64,000 nt of DNA from Balanoglossus misakiensis (Eukaryota > Animalia > Hemichordata). Each line of letters begins with the position of its first letter. Within the stretch, counting starts at the first letter, position 1. This document shows positions 13,358 to 25,200 of the stretch, piece after piece. Made by a program: the position numbers and the translations under genes. A model generated the notes under the pieces. That model did not search any database and was not told the origin of the DNA. It saw only the letters and a list, made by a program, of their open reading frames with translations. The stretch is taken from positions 5,212,110-5,276,109 of the forward strand of contig CM082584.2 in NCBI GenBank assembly GCA_040954595.2, written 5' to 3'.

Positions 13358-14065
13358 ATGGCTTTCTATCGACGTGCTCAAGCTAGCGCAGTCCACGGTA
13401 TTGATAAGACGGTACCGTTTCTGAAAGAACACGGGCTTTTGGCTTCCTCTCAGAACTGTCTTTATTGTGAACACCCCATGATTTGGACACGGACTAAAAA
13501 TACAACTGACGGATTTACATGGCGTTGCTTACAAAAGGACTGCGGAAAACGCCGGACCAGGGTTTCTATGAGACATGGGTCATTCTTTTACAAGTCTCGT
13601 TTAGGTTTGGACGTGCTTTTGAAGATTATTATAACTTGGGCTATGGACTACTCGTTGAAGAAGATGCAAACCGAGACAGGTGTTTCGAAGACATCGTTAG
13701 TTGATTACTGCAAAGATTTGCGAGCGGTCTGCAGCAAAAAGTTGTCGAGGGAAGATACCTATCCGGAAGGGACTGAGAACGAAATTCGCCACAAAGCCAA
13801 GACCAAGGCATGCAAGGCCAAACTGGTGAGGAGATTGAAAGGTGTGTGCAAGGAAATGCTGCCGGGGTATTTGGATGAGTTGGCGTGGCGGGAGCGGTTT
13901 GGGAAAACGGACGATGAGGCGGTGCGCAATATTTTCAAGCATATTGCGGAGCAGCACCCCCTGCCAACAGTGACTGTGGAGTCTGTGCCCCTGGACACAG
14001 AGGAATCTCTTGCCCCAGAAAAGGAAACTGAGATAAGCAATGATGTATGCCAAGATGCTGAGTGA
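13358..14065 (+). CDS. Merlin/IS1595 (ISXO2-like) transposase-derived protein lacking the DDE catalytic core, 235 aa, intronless
   Basis: ATG in strong Kozak context (gacATGg). It has FLKEHGLL, a Zn ribbon CLYC...DGFTWRCLQKDC, SMRHGSFFYKSRL, an HTH-like GVSKTSLVDYCKDLRAVC and C-terminal LPGYLDELAWRERF...IFKHIAEQHP, all typical of Merlin/IS1595 transposases. The IGG..VEIDES / SD / TxxIE catalytic segment is absent. Confidence 0.8.
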   Translation: MAFYRRAQASAVHGIDKTVPFLKEHGLLASSQNCLYCEHPMIWTRTKNTTDGFTWRCLQKDCGKRRTRVSMRHGSFFYKSRLGLDVLLKIIITWAMDYSLKKMQTETGVSKTSLVDYCKDLRAVCSKKLSREDTYPEGTENEIRHKAKTKACKAKLVRRLKGVCKEMLPGYLDELAWRERFGKTDDEAVRNIFKHIAEQHPLPTVTVESVPLDTEESLAPEKETEISNDVCQDAE

Positions 14066-14113
14066 AAAGAGATACACCACACAATCAGATGTCAGTCTGT
14101 CGACAGAGACTCA

Positions 14114-14410
14114 GAGGTCATAATGAACACCTATTGCCTGGCCATGAGGGCCATAGCGGCCGTTTATTACACCCGAGGGGCTGTGAGTTACCATAATCAC
14201 ATGCTATTACATGTATAGCATACGATTCTGGTAACTCACAGTCACGGGGAGGGGGGGGGGGGTAAAAACGGCTGCTTTTGCCCGAATATAGGCCAAGCCA
14301 TAGGTGTTTTATAATAAACCTCATGCTAACACGCGACACTGATTGATGTGACCCGACCACCCGAGATTCTGGCGAATCACGTCACAGTATTAGCATGAGG
14401 TATATTATAA
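14114..14410. mobile_element. Composite palindromic non-autonomous element (two overlapping hairpins)
   Basis: An imperfect palindrome spans 14114-14322 (core CTGTGAGTTACCATAATC...GATTCTGGTAACTCACAG). It overlaps a second inverted repeat TTATAATAAACCTCATGCTAA ... TTAGCATGAGGTATATTATAA (14309-14410). Confidence 0.65.
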
Positions 14411-16293
14411 TCACTGTTACATTTCTTTCACGTTGGAAATAAGGGAGCCGTCACTATTTACGGCCTGAGGGTGGAGGAATCGGGGGGGGGGGGGGGTTCT
14501 CAGTAGAAGTGGAAACCTGGAAGGTTTTTTTTTGGAAATGTATCAAAGAACATTCGTGAGTTTTGTCAGGCCATGGAGTTACACAGTCTAATGTTTTTTT
14601 TTTTAAAGGATATTGTCTGGACCGTTTTCATTAAAGAGTACCCAACGACACTCGACAAAATTCTGAAAATATTGTCAAAAGTTAGAACTGCATTTGTACT
14701 GCCATAATAAAGACCAATGCAAACCATGCTATAATGTACGAATCGTTTGTTTATTAGCAATAATGAAATCATGTCAATATGTGTGACAAATCACAATAAA
14801 AGGAAACTATTCTAACATTTGTTTTGGATGGTATCATGACAAAATCGAGAGTTGGTTTTTACTGCAAATGTGTTGAATTTGCCAACTGATGTGTTGGGTG
14901 TCACAACCACTCATAATCATTTGTCTGTCTTCGACAGTTCAGCTCTATCAAGAAAGTTTACAACTTAAAAATCTGAACTCAAAGCAAAGAGCGAGAGAAA
15001 ATAAAAAGAAATTCATCTCACATCATGTACACAATTATATCATAACAAGAATTCAACAAAGAGCTTGTTCATTCTCTGCCAGTGAATTTCAATCATAAAG
15101 TGACTATACATTTGCTGTATTTCCAAATAACTACGAGATCGAGTAGACTGTGTGGGCTATACACAACCTGGACCCACTCTCTCAAATGAACACTGCAAGC
15201 TGAGTGGCTCACCAAAAAATACTACAAAGGACACTCCAAAAAGTGGAATTGCATATTGAAAATATGAAATTCATCCAATTATACACTGTTTTATTAAATT
15301 TCCTTAATTTATAAAAATCATGAAATATATATTAATACATGGCTAAATGCCAAAATCACAAATAATCTTTTCACGTCTTTCCAGCGTGTTCTAGAATTCC
15401 ACCTGGAAAAATATCAACATCTTATAGACAAACCTAAAAACAGTGGAACTTGACAAAGAGCATTGTTTCGTGATTGTAAGGCAGTTTTCCAGTTATATGT
15501 ATAGAAAAAAAATATGAACAAAAAGTTTCTAAACAAATAGACAAAGAACTTGAATACACACACAAATTGAATCTGGTAAAGTGAATATGGCGAACTTAAA
15601 TTTTGTTGTTTCATCAGGAAAGTTTTTTTTGTATAAACACTATGAACTGTGATTCTACATAAATTAGAGGAAGTATACATGAAAGCTGTAATTCCAACAA
15701 AACTTCATGTAACAATTAGAAGAAAATGCATGTATTCCGGTAGGATTTCCGTGTATTTTATTTGTACTGCCATAAATTTCCTTCAAAGATGCCTTGGTTT
15801 GGCATCTCAAACTGAACACTAATAATAACACTGAAAATGGATGGTATGTGCTATTAGAACTGTATTTCACTAAATGCCAACAAGCACACTACGAAATATG
15901 GACTAAACAATAAAAACACATAAAAATGCAACCATGTTGCAGTCAAGTCAGACAGAATTCCTAAATAACTTACTCCACGTATGAAAATGATTCATACTGA
16001 CTCAAAAAAAAATATTTGGTTATAGACAACAGAAATCATCAGGGTTTTGTTTTGGGACTCTTCAGTTCTGACACTGTGCACTCCAAGAAATCATTGCATA
16101 CGTATCACCTCAGTGGGACAATTTCTTTCTTACAAATTTTCTATGTTCATCATTTAGGCAGACTACTGATTAAGATAATAGTCCTGTAAATTTCTCCTCT
16201 ACGAAAGTGACCATCGTCCATCTTTGCCTGTTGTCTTCTGCATGCTACGGGTACACCCTTAAGCACTATTCAGTGCCGATGTCGAGTTTGTAA

Positions 16294-19200
16294 CTATGCA
16301 GAGCTGGTGTCGTTAGCCTTTAGTTTCTTATTGGGGAGGTTGTCGGCAGAATTTGCAGTCAATTTTCCACCCAGTAGTTTCCAATCCCTGGTTTCACTCT
16401 CTGCTTTGTCTGAAATGCATCAACATCAAAAATCAAACTGAATCAAAAAGACGGAAAAATTCCACCACAGACCGATGTTCTTGGTGGTGATAAACTAGAA
16501 TATTGAGACTCAAGAAAACTGATGATGACACTCGAAAATTATAATTGTGTAAAAACAGTATGTGTTATTTTGAATATGTGGATATGATGGTCACTTTACA
16601 GTAACTAATAGTATAAAACTTAAGAACATGTCTCTCCACACTGTTTCTCATTATTTAAGTTTCAGAGTACAGATATGTCATCTCATACACACAGCCCAAT
16701 GATTCAAGAGAACAAGTGCGTGCTATACCAGTGGTATTCACACAATTGCTTGCAGTGCATTCAATGGCCATGAATGTACGACAAGCTTGCTCTCATCATG
16801 GGGTCAATGTTATCATCACAAGTGTTTCATCACTGCATTTTGAATTAAGAAGACTGCAGGTGTACGTTTGAGTGTTTGATGTGGTTGACTTTGCAGCCCT
16901 GTGGCACATTACTGACAAATTACTTTTAGCATAAAGATATGGGATTGCATTTTTGGTATTTGCATTGTAGTGCATACACTAGCCATAGATACTATCACTA
17001 TACACTGCAACATAAGGTTGTTATGAAAATACTACCAAGTGTGCACACAGTTAGCACATTGCATCATCTGACCTATAGAGGGCAGTACATAGTGCAAAAT
17101 GCAGGAGTACACAGTTGACAGTATTTTCATAACTTTTAAATCACTGTAGCAAACTGATGATGAAAATGAATGTGTGAAATGGTTTGGAATGACTGAACAA
17201 TGTGATGTTGATAATCATTAAGGATTAAGTGTGCCCCCCCCCCCCCCCCCCCCCACTCCCTCTACCCAAACATGACACACCACAATGCAATAAAAGTTCT
17301 CTGCAACAAAAAGGAAATGGTTGACACATCAAAGATACAGGGCTGATGCAAAGAAATCTCAAAGTAGCTCCAAACATGATGGTGGTTAGGCGGTTAGGCA
17401 ACACACTGCTATATTATTGATCTATGATATTGATGGGCCATCCACCACAATTACATGAACATCTTTTTAACACGCATCACACTATTTAAAGTGCAGCACA
17501 CAGCATTATGAAATGATTATATGTTCAAATGTGATCTGATGTGTTTTTTTTAAATCTATGATGTGGCCATGAAAATTATATTAGTCTTGATATGACACAG
17601 AAACTTGCTTATGCAATTCTAAAATATTGGGACTACTATGTGGCGATAAGCATTTCCTGGCAGGTCTTACTGATCTCAGAGTTGTTTGAAAATGAAAGCG
17701 CTGTATCATAATTGCCAATACAGATCTGCACAGGCATTTGACATAACATTTATAAGGAAACGAATGTTTGTCAAAATTTGGATATCAAATTTCAAGGTTG
17801 ACTGAAAAAAAATCAACAGAAAAATATCACAAAATTCCTAATTTTGTCATAATTTAAGCCCTGTGTCATATCAACATGTATTAATATTTAATGGATTTAT
17901 GGAAAATGGTCAGATGTTATTTCTGCATTTTTTGTTAAAATATTACGGAAACTAAAAAAGAATATCTATAAATAATAAAAGACTTGGTAACAAACTAGAT
18001 TTCCTGCCAAATTGAATTACCTTTGATTTTCTTCGGGTTACTATCCTCATCATGGTCAGTCATTCCAATGTTAAATAAAGAAGCTGGATTGTAATCCAAA
18101 TGTCTTTCCAATTGAAAGTACAACTCACCCATTACAGCTATTGGTGTCTCTCCAGTAGCTGCAGCCACTTTATGTTCTATCAGATAAAACATGTATTCAT
18201 CATAAAGAAGTCGGATCAGATGGAACGATCCAAAGCTAGCTGCACTACGAAGAGTCAGATCACGAATAACCATTGAGCTGTTGGCAAAAAAATAGAAAGT
18301 ATTAATGTATTTATGAAACAACATTGGAATGCATTGGCTGACACTTTAAGCTGTAGCAATAATTTTAATGTTTTCAAATATCAACTGAAATAATTTGTAA
18401 TGACAAATGATGTTGAAAAATAGCTTTTAGTACCGGTATTACCTATTTATTCTGTTGTTGCATTATTTTTTTATTTCTTTTATTTATGAGTTTTGATGTG
18501 TATATTTCTGATGTTACAGTAGTATATTATTTTTATGTAGAGGACCCCATGGAAGATTACAATCTGATTGGGTAATTTTCCTCTGATTTGTGATCGTGAA
18601 TGGGCAATCCCAAAATGTGAAATAATAAGGCATAAAGTCTGCATGTTTTGTTTTATGTCAAATGCGTCACCTCTGCATAGGCCCAGCTCCCTGATGCGAA
18701 TGTGAGACAGGCAAAACAAATCATAGAAAAATACTTGTATTTTCTTTTAGCCAGCACAAATATGTGTCAAGTATGGCACAGTGCAGGGTGTATATGCAAG
18801 ACTGTTATGTTGCTTACCTGTAGAAAGACCATTTGAGTAAGAATTGTCTGGCGGCCTTGGCAAAGTCTGGCTTGCCTTCATGCGGTGTTAGAACTTGATT
18901 GACAACGCTCTCAAGCCATATGGCCCACTGTTCTAATGTATTCTGGTTTTGTAGTGTCATCTTGAAGTCTTGTTCTAATCTCTGAACAACCTGGTCTTCA
19001 CACTGACACACCCATGATGCTTGTTCCTGTGGACAGAGTGGACTTCAATTAGAAAACTCGGAGTATTGCCATGTTGATCTTCGGTACAATATGCAATAAA
19101 GTTCTGTAGCACTCTTTGATCAACAGTTAAATTTCAGCATAAGCTTTCGGGAACATGTAGTCCCCTTCTTCAGATGCACTCGTGGAAATGTTCAATTAGA

Positions 19201-22200
19201 AAGGGGTGCACTCATACACAGTTTGAACATTTTCTTGATTTCAAAATATAAGTACTGATACTTTTAAAGTTGTCCAATGTAGTGTATAATCGCAGAATCT
19301 GTACAAACACGTATTTATCGTGGAGTAACACAGGTAATAGTTGAAAAGTGGTAAAAAAATATAGGCTGTAAGCAAAACATCAGTCAACTGAGAAAGTATC
19401 TGTTCAGAGAGATTATGAGAATATTGCAATATTGCCTCTGATTGGTCAATTCCTTCGACACACCAGGTGCATGAATGCTTTTAACTTATGAGAAAGCATC
19501 TTCCCAGGTGCGCAACTGACTCGATCATCAGTAAAAATACACTGTATTGAAAATATCACCATCTATACTTGAGATTCTGTCTGACATCGGAAATACATCA
19601 CATGAGGGGTTTCATTACTAACCTGTACATTGGCGAAATCCACTCGGTTCAAATCACTGAGCATCTGATTGATTTGTGAACTGTTCTGTAGAACGGCCCT
19701 AGCTGCTTGAGCCAAGTGATTCAAAGATGTGTACCTCCTAAGTGTTTGTGCAAAGGCACTCACTGCACCAAGCTGTACATCAAAAAAGAAAAAGTACATA
19801 CCATTAATACTTATGTCACGGCTATTGTAGTATTTACCATGTGACAGGCACATAACTGACTTTGCTGCAGCTAGCAGTAATATCTACATCATAGTCACAC
19901 TAATATCACGGACAAGGGATGGTGTGTCAGTTTTTCTGACTATCAGATGGTGTATCATTACTGGCTAAAATGGGGATTTACAGATTGTGGAGTGAAAGCA
20001 AATTGGGCAGCATTCCCTTTGAGGCAATTACTGATGTTATCCACTGGACTTTGGTGATCTACATTAATTTCCGCTAGGTAGCAATGTATGACAAAACCAA
20101 CCCAGTAAAATCTTAGTGCACAGTTCCTACCTTGGCTTGGAGCATTTCTTGGGGAACGCTTTGCATACTGTTTTTCAACCATCCCTCCAGACTCTTGGCA
20201 AAGTTTCTGATAGCTTGGGTCAGTGCGCTGGGAATTGGTCTGAGGACATCGGGTATGAGGACTTCCACAAGCCCTTGGTACAGCATGTGATCATAATGTT
20301 GCAAGTATTTCAAGACTGGGTCACTTTTACACAGCGAGTAGAGCTTGACTTTGGGTAACCTCTTTTCTAATTCATTTTCACTGGAAAGGAATGGAGGGAA
20401 TTAATCAACACTGGAGCAAGTCAGTGCTTCCTCAGAGCATAGAGACTTTGACAAAACAATAGAGCTAATCTAACCTGACAATTGTTTTTATGAAAATTGG
20501 TTGATGTGCCATCAAAGATTCCTAAGAATACTGCAAGTGAACTTTGGACAATGTTGCAACATATTTCTCATTGCATGACTGCCATGTGTGCCAGTGCTAA
20601 CAGGACTGTACATGTTAATAAAATATTTTTTAATGAAGAGGACTGTAGCTCTAACATAGAATTTTTTTAGGATTTCTTTCTTCTGTGCATCAACTCAAGC
20701 TTTCAATGACGAAACACTTGTATTGCGCCAGTATGCCCTCTAACAAACAAACACAACAAAATACATACCTTGTGTTTGTTTGAGATTCAGAGGGTGGGTT
20801 TCTCCAGAATGTCTGCCACAACGCTTCAATCAAAGCAAACTGTAGATTGACAACCACATCCAATATTGCCTGTAATAGTAAATCAAAAATGTATTAGCCA
20901 AAAATTACTTGCACCTTCCAAAACATCTGTTACAAGTTATACAGTTTGGAACTTCAATTGAACTGATTTAGTAGGGAGCACATTACTTGTTAGAAACTCA
21001 GGGTTTGTTGAAGTGATGCACCACTGCACCAATATAGAAGTAGAATATGAGTTAAATAAATCTTTCATCTTATATGAAATGATGATAGGACAAACTATCA
21101 TGAAAGCACCATCAATACATGATTCTGAACCAATCATTTTCAGTTGTTATAAACTAAAACTTTGATGAGGTCTCATGTGGGTCTTTGTTATTTCACTACG
21201 AGCTGTGAGAGAAGAGATTGCAAAACCTACCTCACAGTGTTCTCTGTACAGACTTTGGAATGCTTTGACATCATCTTTGGTAACCCCGTCCGGTAACTGC
21301 CGCTCGCCAAACTCAATATCGCTGAACTGCGGCAACGCCTGCGTGGCGTCACCCAAGTACTGTTGGTGCGAATGTTGCTGTTGCTGAGCTTCGGTGACTG
21401 CGGCACTTTGTGGATTGGACGCCATATCGCCCACCTCGCTGCCATCTTTGCCCGATGTGGTGGTGGCCTTGAACCTGAGACAAGTCATTGTCAATGACAC
21501 AGTCCATGTTAGATCAACACATTTTTAAAAGGTCAAGTTCACAGATATCTGTTCAAACATATTCCCATGAAAATGGGCATTTGGCAACCACCTGGACAAG
21601 TATCATGATACAACATTCCGCCCTACTGTCATCACACTAGTATAGTAACAAGTATACCAAAGAGCATGCAAATCAAATTTCAAATACCCCGGTAACTCCG
21701 AAAGTCTAGGGTACCCAAAACATGTTCAAGGCATCAGACCAGTAATTGTTTAGCTTTTTATTGTTTACCATTTCTACATTTTCAGTGCATTTGAATATTT
21801 TTAGTTCATATATACATATATAGATACATGAATACATACATGTATGTACAGGCTTTTCAAGCATATGCAAACAGTAAGTTCACCTACCATATGTGTATCA
21901 AGGTGTACAGAAACAGATTTTTCAAAACACAAAGCTCTAAATAGTTATGTTTCACTCAGGAAGTTCATAAACAGCAAGTGCAAACCATGCTTGATACATT
22001 GCCAAGTACATTATGCAAAAGATCAGGTACTCAGGATTGAGAGGTCAAAAACTCTATCTCTCCTTCATGTCTGTGAGAATTCACCAAATATGTCCATTAC
22101 ACAACCAACTACAAAGACAGAATTTATCCGTACCTTTTTCCTGAATTAATGGGCTGTTGTCTCATAGCCGTGGTGTTGACATCGTCCTGCAACTGATTCA

Positions 22201-25200
22201 ATGGCGAGGTGGCCTTTATGCGAATGCCATAGTAGTGATACTTTGAATTCCCCCTGCAAGCGCGAATGTCAAGGAAAGACCACACATGTTCTTTGTTAGA
22301 TTCTCATAAACGAGAGGGGGGAACCTTGCCAGATTCTGGCGTCACATAGCAACAGCACAGTATCCACCCGGAGATGTAATGCTGTGTAGCTATGTCAAAC
22401 ACCAAGCAAACCTTTGTCTATACATGCAGCGCACATGTACCGCTAATTAAACAGCAAATACGCACTGACTCACAGCACTGAGAAGAAAACTGAATAAACC
22501 ACTGTCTCAGGTTCTTACTGATAAGATGTATGTGAATGCGCATTGCTTATTTTTTAACACTATCCATCTTTTGGTCTTCACTAATATCATAACTCAAGTC
22601 AATTTCCAGTTAGTAAAATCTGATGTGGCCTACTACATTTGTATACATACTGTGGTACTGGTAATCTTATTTGAATTTATTTTTGAGTCTATTTGTCACC
22701 TGTCAATCAGTGAAAATCAAATGAATACATTATCAGTATTCTATCATAAAATTTTGCGTTCCCATCGTCTACACTGGCAACAAGAAAGTCAAACTGCATG
22801 CTTGTTAACAATACTGCACCTACAGCTGTTATCAACATTTCCCGCCTATAAATACAATGCATAATCTAATGTCTAATCCAGCTAAGCGTAAGCAATTGAA
22901 TTGAGTGCAAAAGCACGCCATTTTCTGGTGGCATCACTCCGACGTTCATTCCAGTCATTGCTCCATGGCAATGGAACAATGGTTCCACTCCAGATTTTTC
23001 TGTTCGCTGTCGCTATGGCTAAGCTTCGGGGAACAACATAGGCTGTGATCGTGACAACATTAATCGGTCTCTGGACCGATTTCAGTTGCAAAGAGGACAC
23101 ACATCCTGTGTGTGATTCAACACGGAATAGCTCTGTGCTTTATACATACACATGAAGTTCGGTCACTTTTAAAGATGGAGTATGGAAGTTTTACTTCACT
23201 GTGTCAACAGACACAAACAACCGACAGGGATTTATACAGTTAACTCAATGCCTACACACTGTGAGTTTAAGAAATGAAAACGTGACACATACCTTGTACC
23301 TAGCCGCCTGGTCCTCAGCCCCAGAAACACCGACCGTATTAGCTTGCCGAAACTCGCAGCATTGACCGGGTCCAGCTTCTGCTCCTGACAATGTCTTAAA
23401 TAATGGTTGTACAACGTACTCCTGGGTAAGCTAACTCCTTCTGCGGTTTCATAGTTGTCAACCAACCACTGCACCTGTGGATGATAATCCTGAGAAAAAT
23501 GAATTTCTTTCATACAAAGCAGCTGAATTGAGTGACCAATTTGACACAGAAAAGCCGAAAACTCACACACATAAAAATATCTACTATTCTGATCTAAATG
23601 AACAAAAACTTCATGTATGAAAACATGTTACACTTGCTGAGTGTGATTATGGTATAATTACGATAAACGAACTTGGAAAGTCTACCATTAGAACACTTGC
23701 TGCCATAGAACAGGTAGCGTATTCCATTACTAGTGACTGTCATGCATAAAACAATGATGCTGTGTCTAACAGTTCTGAGTGCAGTGTGATCATATGAATG
23801 AATATTTGTTGCATTCCTAAGCCACAGAGTTGGAACGCGCGATAGAAACCATCTGAGAGCAAAATGATATTTTGATTTCATTTGTAGGTAACTTCTTTCA
23901 ATAATTATGAATTTAAGATATATGACATCCATGCAATTAATTTAAAAGTAATTTGACATACAAACTTTGATTTTTATATGAAAACATATCAGGGTTCAAT
24001 GAAATTCATATTGTATAAATATTGATATCATATGTCATGCAGAATTATGAACTGATGTAATATCAACTTTCATATCACATTTCTGAAATTTTCTGATCGG
24101 TTATTTCACAACAATTTTTGCAGTTCAGTTATAAATTAATTCACTCAGTGTTCACCCAAGGCAGTTAAAGAGTCCCCTGCTGCACTTAGACTTGGCCCCA
24201 CTATGGTTTCAATTTCATTGTCACCACCATGATTAATTAAAAAGTTCTGGTTACCCTGGCAGTTGACTAGCACGGTTCCCAGTATGTCAGATTTATCTGC
24301 TAATACGTTTCCAGTTCGGAATAAAGATTGAAATGTGTGAAAGTGCAGTGTGCACATCTGGGATCAGTAGGCAAGACCACAGAAGCTGTTTCAGTTTATT
24401 TGTGAACTTGAAGAATTTTTTTGAAAAACTTCCCTATATTTCATGTAAGAAATATCTTACTATATATGTCTGCGGTGTCCCTTCATAAAAGATTATACTC
24501 CTGTGAAGGAAGCTGTGTGATTTTCACTCTAACTACTGAGGACACAAAGTGGTCCCTTAGAACGAAGCGAGCGGAACAGATCTAGAACTGACTTACTGTG
24601 GCAGGCGACGCCCTGGTTGTATGCGTGATGGGGTGGCCCTCTCCGTCCATCGTGTGCCCCTGCACGAGATACGTCCCTCCCGTGTTGGTCATGATCGTCT
24701 GTCCCAGATTCAGGGCCCCCACCGTGCCCATGGTGCCCACGTTCTGCACGGTGTGCGTGGTGACCACCCCCGTGGTGGTGGCCGTACCTTGCGCATTGAA
24801 AAAGTTAGCGGCCTGCGGCGCTGCTTGGGTGTACATGCCAGCGGTACTGTCACTGTAAGGGTAGGCGGTTGTCCTATCATTTAGAAATAGTACAGTAACA
24901 GACGCACATACAGACAGACGGACAGACAGATACCAAGGTGTGACAGAGAGGGTTATACATAAGAGTCGTGGGTTGGATGAGACAGCACGTACAGTATAGG
25001 ATGGAAAGAAGTGGAGGCAAAGCAAGATAAATGCAGAATAGAAATAAAAATTGGTTGTTAGAGTTACCAAATAAAAGCAAAAAAGAACTACCTTATCACA
25101 CACTAGTAAAATTAACAGATATGCCGCCGATTGTTAGTTATAAAAGAACCGCATATTACTGTATATCCCTTTAAAGATGTTCATGTTATTCACATGCATT

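Noticed and set aside
13046-14082. Antisense ORFs overlapping the Merlin-derived gene, and the GTG start at 13337
   Set aside because: The antisense ORFs have no family motifs. ATG 13358 with a strong Kozak context is the more plausible start.
13000-14500. Complete autonomous Merlin transposon
   Set aside because: No paired TIRs or 8-9-bp TSD are seen around the ORF, and the catalytic domain is missing.
16515-16545. CTGATGA...GAAA hammerhead-like core
   Set aside because: No stem II or stem I pairing. Other CTGANGA hits I checked also lacked stems.
17233-17255. Poly-C/poly-G tracts (also ~8376, 14250, 14482, 47576)
   Set aside because: Simple homopolymers common in such genomes, with no further structure.
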